From positions 5,977 to 69,976 of the forward strand of contig JAWKSY010000011.1 of the NCBI GenBank assembly GCA_041402125.1: 64,000 bases of DNA, written 5' to 3'. The position numbers and the translations under genes were made by a program. Positions 37,550 to 46,824 of the stretch are shown here, piece after piece. Position 1 is the stretch's first letter. Each line of letters starts with the position of its first letter. Source of the stretch: Planctomycetota bacterium. GTDB taxonomy: Bacteria > Planctomycetota > GCA-002687715 > DRQF01. The notes beneath the pieces were generated by a model. That model worked only from the letters and a program-made list of their open reading frames with translations, was not told where the DNA came from and searched no databases.

Positions 37550-38046
37550 CGGTCGCCTCCTCCTTCGATCCGCTCCCGCAGCCGCCGCCGGCCGCGGTGC
37601 ATCCAGGTCTTCACGCTCCCTTCCGGGCACTCGAGGATCTCGGCGATCTCGCGCACCGAGAGTCCCTCCCAGAAGTAGAGGACGAGGCAGGCCCGCTCGC
37701 GATCGGCGAGTCCCCACAGGAGGCCGGCCGTCTCGCCACCCTCGCTCGCCCCGATCACCGGCGCCGGAATCCCCTCGGGGGCCTCGAGCGCCGCCGGACC
37801 GCGGCGGCGACGCCGGGTCTCGTCGAGCGCCTTGCGGACGCCCACGCGTCGGATCAGGGGCCAGGGATCCCGTCCCTCGAGCTCGAGCCGGGCGCGGTTC
37901 CGCCACAACGCGAGCCAGGTGTCCTGGCACACGTCGTCGGCCCGCCCCGGATCCCCGAGCATCCGCCCGACGATGGCGGCGAGCTGCCCGCCGTGCCGGC
38001 GGACCATTCCCTCGAGTTCCGGTCCGATCTCGTCTTCTCCCGTCAC
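37546..38046 (-). CDS. ECF-type RNA polymerase sigma-70 factor
   Basis: Region 2 (ADDVCQDTWLALWRN) and region 4 (LYFWEGLSVREIAEILECPEGSVKTWMHRGRRRLRE). Confidence 0.85.
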   Translation of the reverse strand: MTGEDEIGPELEGMVRRHGGQLAAIVGRMLGDPGRADDVCQDTWLALWRNRARLELEGRDPWPLIRRVGVRKALDETRRRRRGPAALEAPEGIPAPVIGASEGGETAGLLWGLADRERACLVLYFWEGLSVREIAEILECPEGSVKTWMHRGRRRLRERIEGGGDR

Positions 38047-38133
38047 CGCCCCCTACACGCCCGGGCGGCCCCCACGGTTTCACGATTCCGGGGGTGGGGT
38101 CAAGAAGGTCGGCCGAAGCGTCACGGGAACGAA

Positions 38134-38322
38134 GATGCTCGTACGGTGCCCGTCACCGGACGCGCCTCGGCGCCGGGACCTCGACCGGAGGGAAGATGCT
38201 AGTACGGTGCCAGTCACCGGATGTGCATCCCCTCGATCACCACCTCGACGTCGAGGGTCGGTTCGCAGGGATGCACATCCGGTGACTGGCACCGTACTAG
38301 CATCTGGCACCGTACCGGCATC
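38134..38322. repeat. REPIN-like palindromic repeat cluster, locus C (type 2)
   Basis: Single core at 38134-38160. Inverted arms of 37 nt at 38195-38231 and 38268-38304 flank a 36-nt loop containing CCTCGACGTCGAGG. A partial core lies at 38305-38322. Confidence 0.85.
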
Positions 38323-38408
38323 GGCCGAGCGAGGCCGAAACGACGCCGCGCGCCCGCCGCCCCGGAGGGCAGCGGACGCGCGGCGAAGAGGCGCAGTCGA
38401 GCGTCGGA

Positions 38409-41400
38409 TCAGTTGAAGAGCCGACCCCGGAAGCGCTCGGTCGGGTTGCCGGTCGTCGGATCCGCCAGCGAGAGCGCCACCGCCTGGACGCCGAAGCGGA
38501 TGCCCTCGAGCGCGGGATCCGTCGGCATCGCCGCCGCCACGGGCGCCCCGGTCGAGGTCATCGCGAAGACGGTGATGTTCGGGACGGTGCCGATGGTGAT
38601 GAAGCCGACCGTCGGGCAGTACTCGAACGCGTCGAAGGAGCCGAAGCCCAGGACCGCGCTGCCCGCGATCGCGCCGTCGACCTGGAAGGTCATCGTCGTG
38701 CCGAGGCGGGGCTCGCCCGTGAAGGACAGCGAGAAGGTCGCCCGCTCGAGCGCGCCGATGTCGGGAAGGTCCCCGCTCATCAGATCGTGATCGACGCGGC
38801 GCGAGCGCTCCTTGAAGTCGAGCACCACGAGGTTCGCCTGGGCGAGATCACCCATGCCGAGGCAGGGCGAGGTCGCGGTCAGCTCGAAGTCGCCGTTCGC
38901 CGCGTCCGCGAAGAGCGGATCGGCGCTGATGTTGCCGTTCGTCCCGACCACGGACGGGTCGCCGACGATGTCGGAGGCGAAGATGTTGCCGACCGTAATC
39001 CCGAAGACGTCGGTTCCGTTCCCCGTCGCGATCGAACTCACCAGCGAACCCGTCCAGGCGCCGGCGGCGCGGAAGCCGACGAGCGTGTTTCCGACGGCGT
39101 TGCAGTGCACGAGTCCGGGACCGTTCGCCCCGACGTCGAAGCCGTCGCCGCCGTTCGCCCAGGCGATCGCGTTCCAGACGTCGCCGTCCGCCGCGGCGAG
39201 GAGGAATCCGTCGGACTGCCCGTGGTGCACGAGGACCTGACGGATCCGGATCGCGGTGTTCGCGTTGACGGAGGGATTCCCGAAGCGACCCGCGTACCCG
39301 ATCTCGACGTGCTCGAGGATCGAGCCCGGCACCGGCGAACTGACGGAGAGCGTCGTCCAGAAGCCGACCGAGCCCACCGAGGGACCGTTGCCATTCGAGT
39401 CGCCGCCGATCGAATCGTCGTCGAGACTCGTGAGAACGACCGGATCGAAGGCGGTGCCGAGCGCCTGGAAGACGCCGGCCGAGTTCGAGAGGCTGGCCGA
39501 CTGCTCGAACTTGAGCACGACGCCGGCCTCGAGAATGAGGTGTCCGCCGGCGCCGATGACGGTGCCGCCGTTGATGAGCGCCCCGTTCGGATAGTTGTAG
39601 GGGAAGATCTGCGCGAACTCTCCGACGCCGACGATGCCGATCCGGAACTGATCACCGGCCGTGTTCCCGGACGCGGTGTTCTCCCGGAAGCCCTGGAGCG
39701 CCGGGAAGGAGAGCCCCGAGATCAGGCTCGCGTTCCCCGCGAAATGCGAGCCGACGACGGTCGGACGGGCCGTCGCGCTGAGCTGCATCGCGGCGGCCTG
39801 GCTGCTCTCGATCGTGCAGGTGTTCAGGAAGGGCGACCCCCCCGCGCAGTTCACCGCCGGCGAGCCGAAGCGGCCCGCGTAGCGGACGATCACGCGATCC
39901 AGGGAGCTCTCGTCCGTCGGGTTGAAGAAGTCGACGCTCGTCCAGTCTCCGACGTTGCCCGTCGACGGCCCGTCGAGGTTCGTGTCGCCGCCGAAGGCGT
40001 CGTCGAGGATCGAGGTCAGGACGACCGGGTTCGCCGGCGTCCCCAGCCCGTCCAGGACGCCGTTCACGTTGAACTGACCGGAAATCGGCATCTTGACGAT
40101 CACACCGGCGGCGAGGGTCAGCGTGGCCCCGAGGTCGACCGTCACGTTGACCGTCGCGACGAGCGCGGGGCCGATGAGATTGACGGGCGCGATCGTCGTA
40201 TCCTGGTCGCAGGACTGACCGCCGATCGCGATGTAGTCGCCTCCGGCGTTGCTGGAGGCGCTGCAGTTCATGAATCCGGGCACGGCGGTGATCCGCACCC
40301 CGGCGACGGCCTGGCCGCCGTTGTCGTTGAAGCTGCAGCCCGTCACGGTCGGGAAGGAAGTCGCGTTGAGGCTCATCCCCGCCGCCAGGCAGTGATCCAC
40401 CGTGCAGTCCGTCACGACGGGATTCGCGGCGAAGAGACTCAGGGCCGGCGTGGAGAACCGCCCGGCGTAGGCGATCCGGAGGCCGGTGAGGGCGCTGCCG
40501 GTCCCGCCCGCGTTGATCCGGATGCCGGTCCAGTCGCCGAGCAGGGCCGGAGTCATCGCGCCATCGTTATCGGTGTCGCCGCCGACGGCGTCGTCGTTGA
40601 TGCTCGTCATGACGACCGGCGCTCCGGCACTCGCGTTCACGACGAGGGTTCCGTCCACGATGAGCTGCGCCGCCGACGGCCACTTGACGACGCACCCCGA
40701 GGCGAAGGTCAGCGTCTCGCCGGCCGGGAGCGTCTGACCGGCGGCCGGCACGAAGGCGCCGCCGATCATGTTCACCGGCGCGATCACGGCGCTTCCGGGG
40801 ATGGTTGCGCTGTTGACGCGGATGTAGTTTCCGCCATTGCCGCTGGCCGTGTTGTTCGTGAGCGACTGGATCTGCGGCCAGGTGACGTTGGTGACCGCGA
40901 TGCCGCTGTTGTTGAGGAAGTCGCAGCCGTCCATCGTCGCCTGCGATCCTGCCGATCCGTCGAAGGCCGAGGTCCCGAGACCGGCCAGGAAGGTGCAGGA
41001 CTGGAGCGTGATGTCGGCTCCGTTGTTCTGGAGGTTGACGGTCGGCGATCCGAACCGGCCGCCGTAACGGAGCTCCGTCCAGGTGAGGGCACTGGCGGCC
41101 GCGCCCGGGCCGTCGAAGTTGATCCCGGACCAGTGACCGGGCGTCGGCAGGGTCGCGGCCCCGTCGTTGTTGCTGTCGCCGCCGACGGTGTCGTCGGTGA
41201 AGGCGGTCAAGACGACCGGAGAGCCCGCCGTACCGTTGGCGGTCAGGACGCCCTGGCAGGCGATCGCGAAGGAAGTCGGAAGCTTCAGCGCGACCCCCGC
41301 ATCGAGGGTGAGCGAGCCGCCCGCCGAGATCGTGAAGGATGCGGTCATGACGTGCGCGCCGTTGATCTGGGACGCGGCCGACACCGTCACCGACTGCCCG

Positions 41401-42080
41401 TTCGGAATCGGCGCCCCCGTGACGAGGACGTGATTCAGACCGCAGTTCGCGGCCGTGTTGCCGCTGAAGCCGGCGAGATTCGAGAAGTGGGCGGCCGTCG
41501 CGGCATTCGTGCCGCAGTTCGCGAAGGTCGTGTTCGTCACGGCCGGCGCGGCGCCGCTGACGCCGAGCCCGGTCGCCTGTGAGTTCGAGATCGTGCAGCC
41601 GTCGATCGTGACCGGGGCCGAGGAGAGGATCAGCTGCGTGGCGCCGAAGCGACCGCCGTAGCGGATCGTCGTGTTCACGAGTGCGCTCGCGCCGGAGCCG
41701 GAGTTGAAGGAGAGACTGCCCCAGGTTCCGGCCGTGGGCGAGGTCCCGGCGCCGTCGCCGTTCGAATCACCGCCGACGGTGTCGTCGGTGAGGGCGGTGA
41801 TGAAGGTCGGCATCCCGGGCCCGCCGCAGAGGAAGGTCCCGTTCACGGTGAAGCCCGCGGAGGTCGTGAGCTTGATGATGGCGCCGGGCTGCGCGGTGAG
41901 CGTCATGCCGGCGGGAACGGTGACGGAGGTGGTGACGTGATAGACCTGACCCGCGAGGAGCGGGCCGCCGGTCGTGTCGTCGAGCGGACCGCCGATGGTG
42001 ATCGGCGCGCCCTGCCCGAAGGCGAGGGCCGGGAGGAGAAGCATCGCCGCGAGGGCGATGAGGGCGGGGATACGGCGCAT
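38409..42080 (-). CDS. Large secreted repeat protein with parallel beta-helix (PbH1/CASH-like) modules and Ca-binding-like DDxxGGDxNxDG motifs
   Basis: Signal peptide MRRIPALIALAAMLLLPALAFGQG. Five modules of the type LT..DD.VGGD(S/T)N.DG...G.W......S.L....IRY.GRFG. The C-terminal beta-helix ends with the DPLFADAANGDFELTATSPCLG motif. Confidence 0.8.
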   Translation of the reverse strand: MRRIPALIALAAMLLLPALAFGQGAPITIGGPLDDTTGGPLLAGQVYHVTTSVTVPAGMTLTAQPGAIIKLTTSAGFTVNGTFLCGGPGMPTFITALTDDTVGGDSNGDGAGTSPTAGTWGSLSFNSGSGASALVNTTIRYGGRFGATQLILSSAPVTIDGCTISNSQATGLGVSGAAPAVTNTTFANCGTNAATAAHFSNLAGFSGNTAANCGLNHVLVTGAPIPNGQSVTVSAASQINGAHVMTASFTISAGGSLTLDAGVALKLPTSFAIACQGVLTANGTAGSPVVLTAFTDDTVGGDSNNDGAATLPTPGHWSGINFDGPGAAASALTWTELRYGGRFGSPTVNLQNNGADITLQSCTFLAGLGTSAFDGSAGSQATMDGCDFLNNSGIAVTNVTWPQIQSLTNNTASGNGGNYIRVNSATIPGSAVIAPVNMIGGAFVPAAGQTLPAGETLTFASGCVVKWPSAAQLIVDGTLVVNASAGAPVVMTSINDDAVGGDTDNDGAMTPALLGDWTGIRINAGGTGSALTGLRIAYAGRFSTPALSLFAANPVVTDCTVDHCLAAGMSLNATSFPTVTGCSFNDNGGQAVAGVRITAVPGFMNCSASSNAGGDYIAIGGQSCDQDTTIAPVNLIGPALVATVNVTVDLGATLTLAAGVIVKMPISGQFNVNGVLDGLGTPANPVVLTSILDDAFGGDTNLDGPSTGNVGDWTSVDFFNPTDESSLDRVIVRYAGRFGSPAVNCAGGSPFLNTCTIESSQAAAMQLSATARPTVVGSHFAGNASLISGLSFPALQGFRENTASGNTAGDQFRIGIVGVGEFAQIFPYNYPNGALINGGTVIGAGGHLILEAGVVLKFEQSASLSNSAGVFQALGTAFDPVVLTSLDDDSIGGDSNGNGPSVGSVGFWTTLSVSSPVPGSILEHVEIGYAGRFGNPSVNANTAIRIRQVLVHHGQSDGFLLAAADGDVWNAIAWANGGDGFDVGANGPGLVHCNAVGNTLVGFRAAGAWTGSLVSSIATGNGTDVFGITVGNIFASDIVGDPSVVGTNGNISADPLFADAANGDFELTATSPCLGMGDLAQANLVVLDFKERSRRVDHDLMSGDLPDIGALERATFSLSFTGEPRLGTTMTFQVDGAIAGSAVLGFGSFDAFEYCPTVGFITIGTVPNITVFAMTSTGAPVAAAMPTDPALEGIRFGVQAVALSLADPTTGNPTERFRGRLFN

Positions 42081-42235
42081 GGATGGACTCCGGAGAGTGC
42101 GATCGCATTCCGATCCCCGCGCGAGTCGACCGAAGGGTCGCTCGAGAGGAGTGTCGGCACGCCACGAGGTGCCGTCGGATTGCCATCGATCGCAGGGTAC
42201 GCGTGCTCGGCCACTCGGCCGCTGAATGCCGCAAG

Positions 42236-42262
42236 ATTATGAAGTTCGGCAAGCCACGTTAA
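42236..42262 (-). promoter_or_regulatory. Possible sigma-70-like promoter for the 38409..42080 gene
   Basis: The minus strand reads TTAACG-N15-CATAAT in the most AT-rich patch of the 560-bp upstream region. The spacer is short (15 nt), so this is weak. Confidence 0.25.
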
Positions 42263-42448
42263 GGGGGTCGATCCGGCCGGCGCACCGCCGCGGGGGGTGT
42301 ATCGCGGCAAGGTGGGCGCCGGACCGACGTTCCGTCGATGGACGAATCGGACTTCTCCGGATCTTCTCGTGAATTCGCGTCGGAGAGGGCATTCGAGTCG
42401 CCCCGTCGAGGAACGAAGGTGCCGGTGCGGCGCCTCCGCCAAGGAGAA

Positions 42449-42632
42449 GATGCACGTACGGTGCCAGTCACCGGATGTGCATCCTTCCGAACCGTCCCGC
42501 GACGTCGAGACGGTGATCGAGGGGATGCACATCCGGTGACTGGCACCGTACGTGCATCTCGGCGAACCGACCCGCGACGTCGAAGCGGTGATCGAGCGGC
42601 GCATGTCCGGTGACGGGCACCGTACGAGCATC
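42449..42632. repeat. REPIN-like palindromic repeat cluster, locus D (type 2)
   Basis: Inverted arms of 36 nt at 42449-42484 and 42523-42558 flank a 38-nt loop. The loop sequence then recurs as a spacer (42559-42600), followed by a third core (42601-32). Confidence 0.85.
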
Positions 42633-42644
42633 TCGGCGAACCGG

Positions 42645-43268
42645 TCAGCGCCGGCGCGCGCCGCCCTTGCGCTGGACGTGGATCTCCTCGAGACCGCGGT
42701 AGGTCAGGAAGAGGGAGCCGACGGCGGCGTAGGCCTCGAAGATGTCCTCGAGCACGCCCTCCTCGCCGGGCCAGGGGTAGGCGAAGACGACGTCGAAGTC
42801 CTCGACGTCGAGTTCGAGATCGCCGTAGGCGTCGGGCGCCCAGGTGACGAGCCACTCGGGGCCGTCGACGTGATCGGCGGCGTGCTCGGAGCCGCGGGGG
42901 AGGAAACTGCCGCAGGCGACCTCGACGTTGAGATCGTGATCGGCGAGGAGGGCGGCCGAGGCGTCGGCGAGCTCGGGCTCGATCTCGATCGCGACGACGT
43001 CGAAGTCGAGCATCGCGGCGAGGCCCGCGACGACGCCGAACCCCGAACCCCATTCGCAGAACATCCGGCCCGGCGCGAGGTCGCGGCGGACGATCTCGCG
43101 GAGCCCGCGGTAGACCTGGATGAAGTCGCTGGGGACGAAGCCGGTCATCGGCCGCTCGAGGCGCGCGCGGATGAAGTTCTCGATCCGCTCGTCGGCGTCG
43201 GCGACGAAGCGCCGGACCGCGCGCGGGATCGGGTCCGTGCCCATCGGAACCGGGATTCGCTCCAGCAC
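42645..43268 (-). CDS. Class I SAM-dependent methyltransferase-like protein
   Basis: Motif I-like FCEWGSGFGVVAGLAA followed by an acidic beta-2 end (VVAIEIE). The size and pattern fit a Rossmann-fold methyltransferase. No substrate can be inferred. Confidence 0.55.
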   Translation of the reverse strand: MLERIPVPMGTDPIPRAVRRFVADADERIENFIRARLERPMTGFVPSDFIQVYRGLREIVRRDLAPGRMFCEWGSGFGVVAGLAAMLDFDVVAIEIEPELADASAALLADHDLNVEVACGSFLPRGSEHAADHVDGPEWLVTWAPDAYGDLELDVEDFDVVFAYPWPGEEGVLEDIFEAYAAVGSLFLTYRGLEEIHVQRKGGARRR

Positions 43269-43440
43269 TCGCCCTTCCTCCTCGCCCTCCGGCCGCGCAT
43301 CCCGCGCCGCCCGGCCCCGAGGGAGCGATCCCTCGCCCCGCCTCGTTCGCCCTCTCGCAGTCGCCGGTTATCATGCCGCCCCGGGCGACCGGGCGTAAGG
43401 GGCGGGGGCCCCGCCGCCGAGACCTGGAGTCGAGGACCCG

Positions 43441-43830
43441 ATGGGCGACGACGATCGCGAGAACTGGAGCACGGCCGGAGCGGCCCTGGGCGCCCTGGGC
43501 GTGGTGCTGGGCGCCTTCGGCGCCCACGCCCTCGACCGCTTCCACCCGCCCGAGGGCGGCGTGGAATGGTGGCGGACGGCCGCCCACTACCACCTGATCC
43601 ACGCCCTGGCCCTGCTCCACGCCGGCCGGCTCGCCGCCTCCGGCCGCCCGGCCGCCCGCGCGGCCGCCGCCCTCTTCCTCGGCGGAACCGTGGTCTTCTC
43701 GGGGACCCTCTACCTCATGGCCCTCGGCGCCCCCCGCTGGTTCGGGGCGATCACCCCTCTCGGCGGGCTCGCCCTCATCGCAGGCTGGTTCGCCCTGGCC
43801 CTCGCCCACTGGCGCGGCCGCCGGAGCTGA
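43441..43830 (+). CDS. DUF423 (YgdD-like) small membrane protein
   Basis: GAFGAHAL, WRTAAHYHLIHALALL and VFSGTLYLMALG. Confidence 0.75.
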   Translation: MGDDDRENWSTAGAALGALGVVLGAFGAHALDRFHPPEGGVEWWRTAAHYHLIHALALLHAGRLAASGRPAARAAAALFLGGTVVFSGTLYLMALGAPRWFGAITPLGGLALIAGWFALALAHWRGRRS

Positions 43831-43832
43831 TC

Positions 43833-45833
43833 GTGGCGCTCGTCTCGCTCTCCCACGTCGACAAGGGCTACGGCGGCGAACCGCTCTTCCGGGACGTCAC
43901 GCTCGAGGTCGAGCGCGGCCGGAAGATCGGCGTCATCGGGAAGAACGGCGGCGGCAAGTCCACCCTCCTCCGGCTCATCGCGGGCCGGCTCGAGCCCGAC
44001 GCCGGCGACGTCTTCCGCCAGCGCGACGCGGTGGTCGCCTTCCAGACCCAGGAGCTCGAGGCCGACGCCGACGCGACGGTCATCCAGGAGATGCGCCGCC
44101 TCTTCGGCGACGCGATCCATCTCGAGACGCGCCTGCGCGACCTCGAGGCCGAGCTGGGCCGCCCGCACCCCGCGGAGGAGCAGGAGCGACTCCTGAAGGA
44201 GTACGCGCGACTGCAGGAGCTGCACGAGTCGAAGGGGGGCTGGACGGTCGAACGTCGCATCGAGACCGTCCTCACCGGCCTCGGCCTCGCGCCCTCGAGC
44301 TGGGAGATGCCCATCTCCTCCTTCTCGGGCGGCGAGCGCAACGTCATCGCGCTCGCGCGCGCGCTGCTCTCCGAGCCCGACCTCCTGCTCCTCGACGAGC
44401 CCTCGAACCACCTCGACATCGACGGCCTCGAGTGGTTCGTCCGCTTCCTGCGCTCGACCCCGATGACCGTCGTCATGGTGAGCCACGATCGCCACCTGCT
44501 CGACGCCGCGATCGACGAGATCTGGGAGGTGCGGTCGGGCCGCGTGACGAGCTGGACCGGCAACTACTCGGACTACGAGCAGCGCCGCGGCGAGGCGCAG
44601 GCGCTGCAGGAGCGGCAGTTCAAGAACCAGCAGCGCCTGATCAAGCGCCTCGAGTTCCAGGCCCGCCGCCTCCGGGACATGGCGCAGGCCTACGACGACC
44701 CCGGCCAGGCCAAGCGCGCGAAGTCGATCCTCAAGCGCATCGAGGCGATGGACAAGGTCGAGAAGCCGGAGGGCGAGGAGGCGGTCTTCCGCGCGCGCCT
44801 GAAGGGCGGTCGCCGCCACGGCCAGCTCGCGCTGCGACTCGAGGACTACGCCTTCTCCTACGGCGACCGCGTGATCTTCGAGCCCTCGAGCCTCGAGATC
44901 GAGTTTGGACAGCGCGTGGCGCTCGTCGGTCCGAACGGCTGCGGCAAGTCCACGCTCTTCCGGAGCATCGTCTCGGAGGGTTCCTGGGAGAATCCCCGCA
45001 TCCGCCTGGGCAAGGCCGTGCGCCTCGGCGACTACAACCAGTTCCACGAGGACGCGCTCGATCCTCGTCAGAGCCTGATCGGCTGGCTGCTCGGCGTCAC
45101 CGGGCTCGACTACCAGCCCGGCACCGAGCTCCTCCACCGCTTCCTCTTCACCCGCGACGACCTCGACCGCGAGATCGGCTCGCTGTCGGGCGGCGAGAAG
45201 AGCCGGCTCCAGCTCGCGCGCCTCGTGCACCACCAGGTCAACTTCCTCCTGCTCGACGAGCCCACGAACCACCTCGACATCGCCTCGGCCGAGCAGCTCG
45301 AGACGATGCTCGACGAGTTCGAGGGCACGCTCTTCGTGATCTCGCACGACCGCTACTTCCTCGAGAAGATCGTCGACGTCGTCGTCGAGGTGCGCGACCG
45401 GCACCTCGTCGCCTTCCGCGGCGGCTTCTCCGCCTGGTGGGCGGCGCGCGAGGCGCGGCGGCAGGGCGAGAGCGGGCGCGGCGGGCTCCTCCGCCTGCAG
45501 AGCCAGGCCGCCGCTCGCGATCGCGCCGAGGCCGAGCCGGAGGCCGCGCGCGGCGCCGCGCGCGAGGACCGCGAGGCCCGGAAGGAGCGGCAGCGCGAGG
45601 CGCGACGCCTGCGCCGTCGCGTCGACGAGCTCGAGGCCGCCATCGAGGCCGGCGAGACCCGCGTCGCGGAGCTCGAGACGCGCATCGCCGAGCACTGGTC
45701 GGGCAACGGCGACCCCGCGCGCGGCCGCGCGCTCGGCGAGGAGCTCGAGGCCGAGGGCACCGCCGTGGCCGCCGCCTACGCCGAGTGGGAGGAGCTCGCG
45801 CCGCGGCTCGAGTCCCTCGGCGAGTCGGACTGA
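43833..45833 (+). CDS. ABC-F family ATPase (two ABC domains plus an Arg/Glu-rich coiled-coil tail)
   Basis: Walker A GKNGGGKST and GPNGCGKST, signatures FSGGERN and LSGGEKSR, and no TM segments. The GTG start lies 3 nt after the upstream stop. The upstream part of track ORF 42552.. is spurious. Confidence 0.85.
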   Translation: MALVSLSHVDKGYGGEPLFRDVTLEVERGRKIGVIGKNGGGKSTLLRLIAGRLEPDAGDVFRQRDAVVAFQTQELEADADATVIQEMRRLFGDAIHLETRLRDLEAELGRPHPAEEQERLLKEYARLQELHESKGGWTVERRIETVLTGLGLAPSSWEMPISSFSGGERNVIALARALLSEPDLLLLDEPSNHLDIDGLEWFVRFLRSTPMTVVMVSHDRHLLDAAIDEIWEVRSGRVTSWTGNYSDYEQRRGEAQALQERQFKNQQRLIKRLEFQARRLRDMAQAYDDPGQAKRAKSILKRIEAMDKVEKPEGEEAVFRARLKGGRRHGQLALRLEDYAFSYGDRVIFEPSSLEIEFGQRVALVGPNGCGKSTLFRSIVSEGSWENPRIRLGKAVRLGDYNQFHEDALDPRQSLIGWLLGVTGLDYQPGTELLHRFLFTRDDLDREIGSLSGGEKSRLQLARLVHHQVNFLLLDEPTNHLDIASAEQLETMLDEFEGTLFVISHDRYFLEKIVDVVVEVRDRHLVAFRGGFSAWWAAREARRQGESGRGGLLRLQSQAAARDRAEAEPEAARGAAREDREARKERQREARRLRRRVDELEAAIEAGETRVAELETRIAEHWSGNGDPARGRALGEELEAEGTAVAAAYAEWEELAPRLESLGESD

Positions 45834-45839
45834 CCGCGC

Positions 45840-46814
45840 GTGGCACGGGAGCCGGGACGCATCGAGGACGAGGTCTTCCGCGTCGATCCGCACTGGCGCG
45901 GTCTCCGCCTCGACCACTTCCTGCGCGAGATGATCCCCTCGATGTCGCGCAGCAAGATCCAGCGCTACCTGCGCGCGGGCCTCGTCACCGTCGACGGACG
46001 ACCCCGGGCCGCGAACGCGAAGGTGCAGACGGGCGAGGAGGTGCGCCTGCGGCCCGTCTTCCCCGGCGAGGATCTCGAGGCGGGACGCCGGATCGAGCTC
46101 GCCGTCCTCCACGAGGACGAGGACCTGATCGCCGTCGACAAGCCCGCCGGACTGCGCGTCCATCCCGCGGCGGGGCACCGCCACGACACCCTCCTCAACG
46201 CGCTCGAGTGGCGCTACGCGGGCACGGCGGACGGGCCGACGCCGACGCTCGCCCACCGCCTCGACCGCGACACCTCGGGCGTGGTCGTCGCCGCGCGCCA
46301 CCGCGAGGCCCGCGAGCACCTCCAGCGTCAGTTCGAGGAACGACGCGTCGCGAAGACCTACCTCGCGCTGGTCGAGGGCGTCCCCGTTCCGGACGCGGGC
46401 GCGATCGATCTCCCCCTCGCCGCCGCGCGCGATCCGCGCGCGGTCCGGAAGACGCTCGTCGTGTCGGCCGAGCACGCCGACGCGAAGCCCGCGCGGACCG
46501 ACTACGCGGTGGTCGAGCGCTTCGCCCCGCGCGCGGGATTGCCGCGGGGCGCGGCTCTCGTCGAGGCGTGTCCGCACACCGGGCGACAGCACCAGATCCG
46601 CGTCCATCTCGCCGCCCTCGGGCATCCGATCCTGGGCGACGATCGCTACGGTCAGGCGCCTCCCCTCGAGCTCGGCGCGGCGCGGCTCGAGCGCTGCGCG
46701 CTCCACGCGGCGCGGCTCGAGCTCGACCATCCGCGCGACGGGAGACGCCTGGAGTTCGTCGCCCCCCTGCCGGCGGATCTCCTCGCCGCGGTCGCGGCGA
46801 TGCGCGCCGGTTGA
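45840..46814 (+). CDS. RluA-family pseudouridine synthase (RluD-like, with an N-terminal S4 domain)
   Basis: Catalytic HRLDRDTSGVVVAA. KTYLALVEG and HQIRVHLA. S4-like RLDHFLREMIPSMSRSKIQRYLRAG. Confidence 0.85.
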   Translation: MAREPGRIEDEVFRVDPHWRGLRLDHFLREMIPSMSRSKIQRYLRAGLVTVDGRPRAANAKVQTGEEVRLRPVFPGEDLEAGRRIELAVLHEDEDLIAVDKPAGLRVHPAAGHRHDTLLNALEWRYAGTADGPTPTLAHRLDRDTSGVVVAARHREAREHLQRQFEERRVAKTYLALVEGVPVPDAGAIDLPLAAARDPRAVRKTLVVSAEHADAKPARTDYAVVERFAPRAGLPRGAALVEACPHTGRQHQIRVHLAALGHPILGDDRYGQAPPLELGAARLERCALHAARLELDHPRDGRRLEFVAPLPADLLAAVAAMRAG

Positions 46815-46824
46815 CCGGCGCGCG

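Noticed and set aside
21584-42632. Possibility that the repeated ~36-nt units form CRISPR arrays
   Set aside because: The units occur as inverted pairs rather than direct repeats. There are only 2-3 per locus. The 'spacers' are themselves conserved between loci. No cas genes or leader are present.
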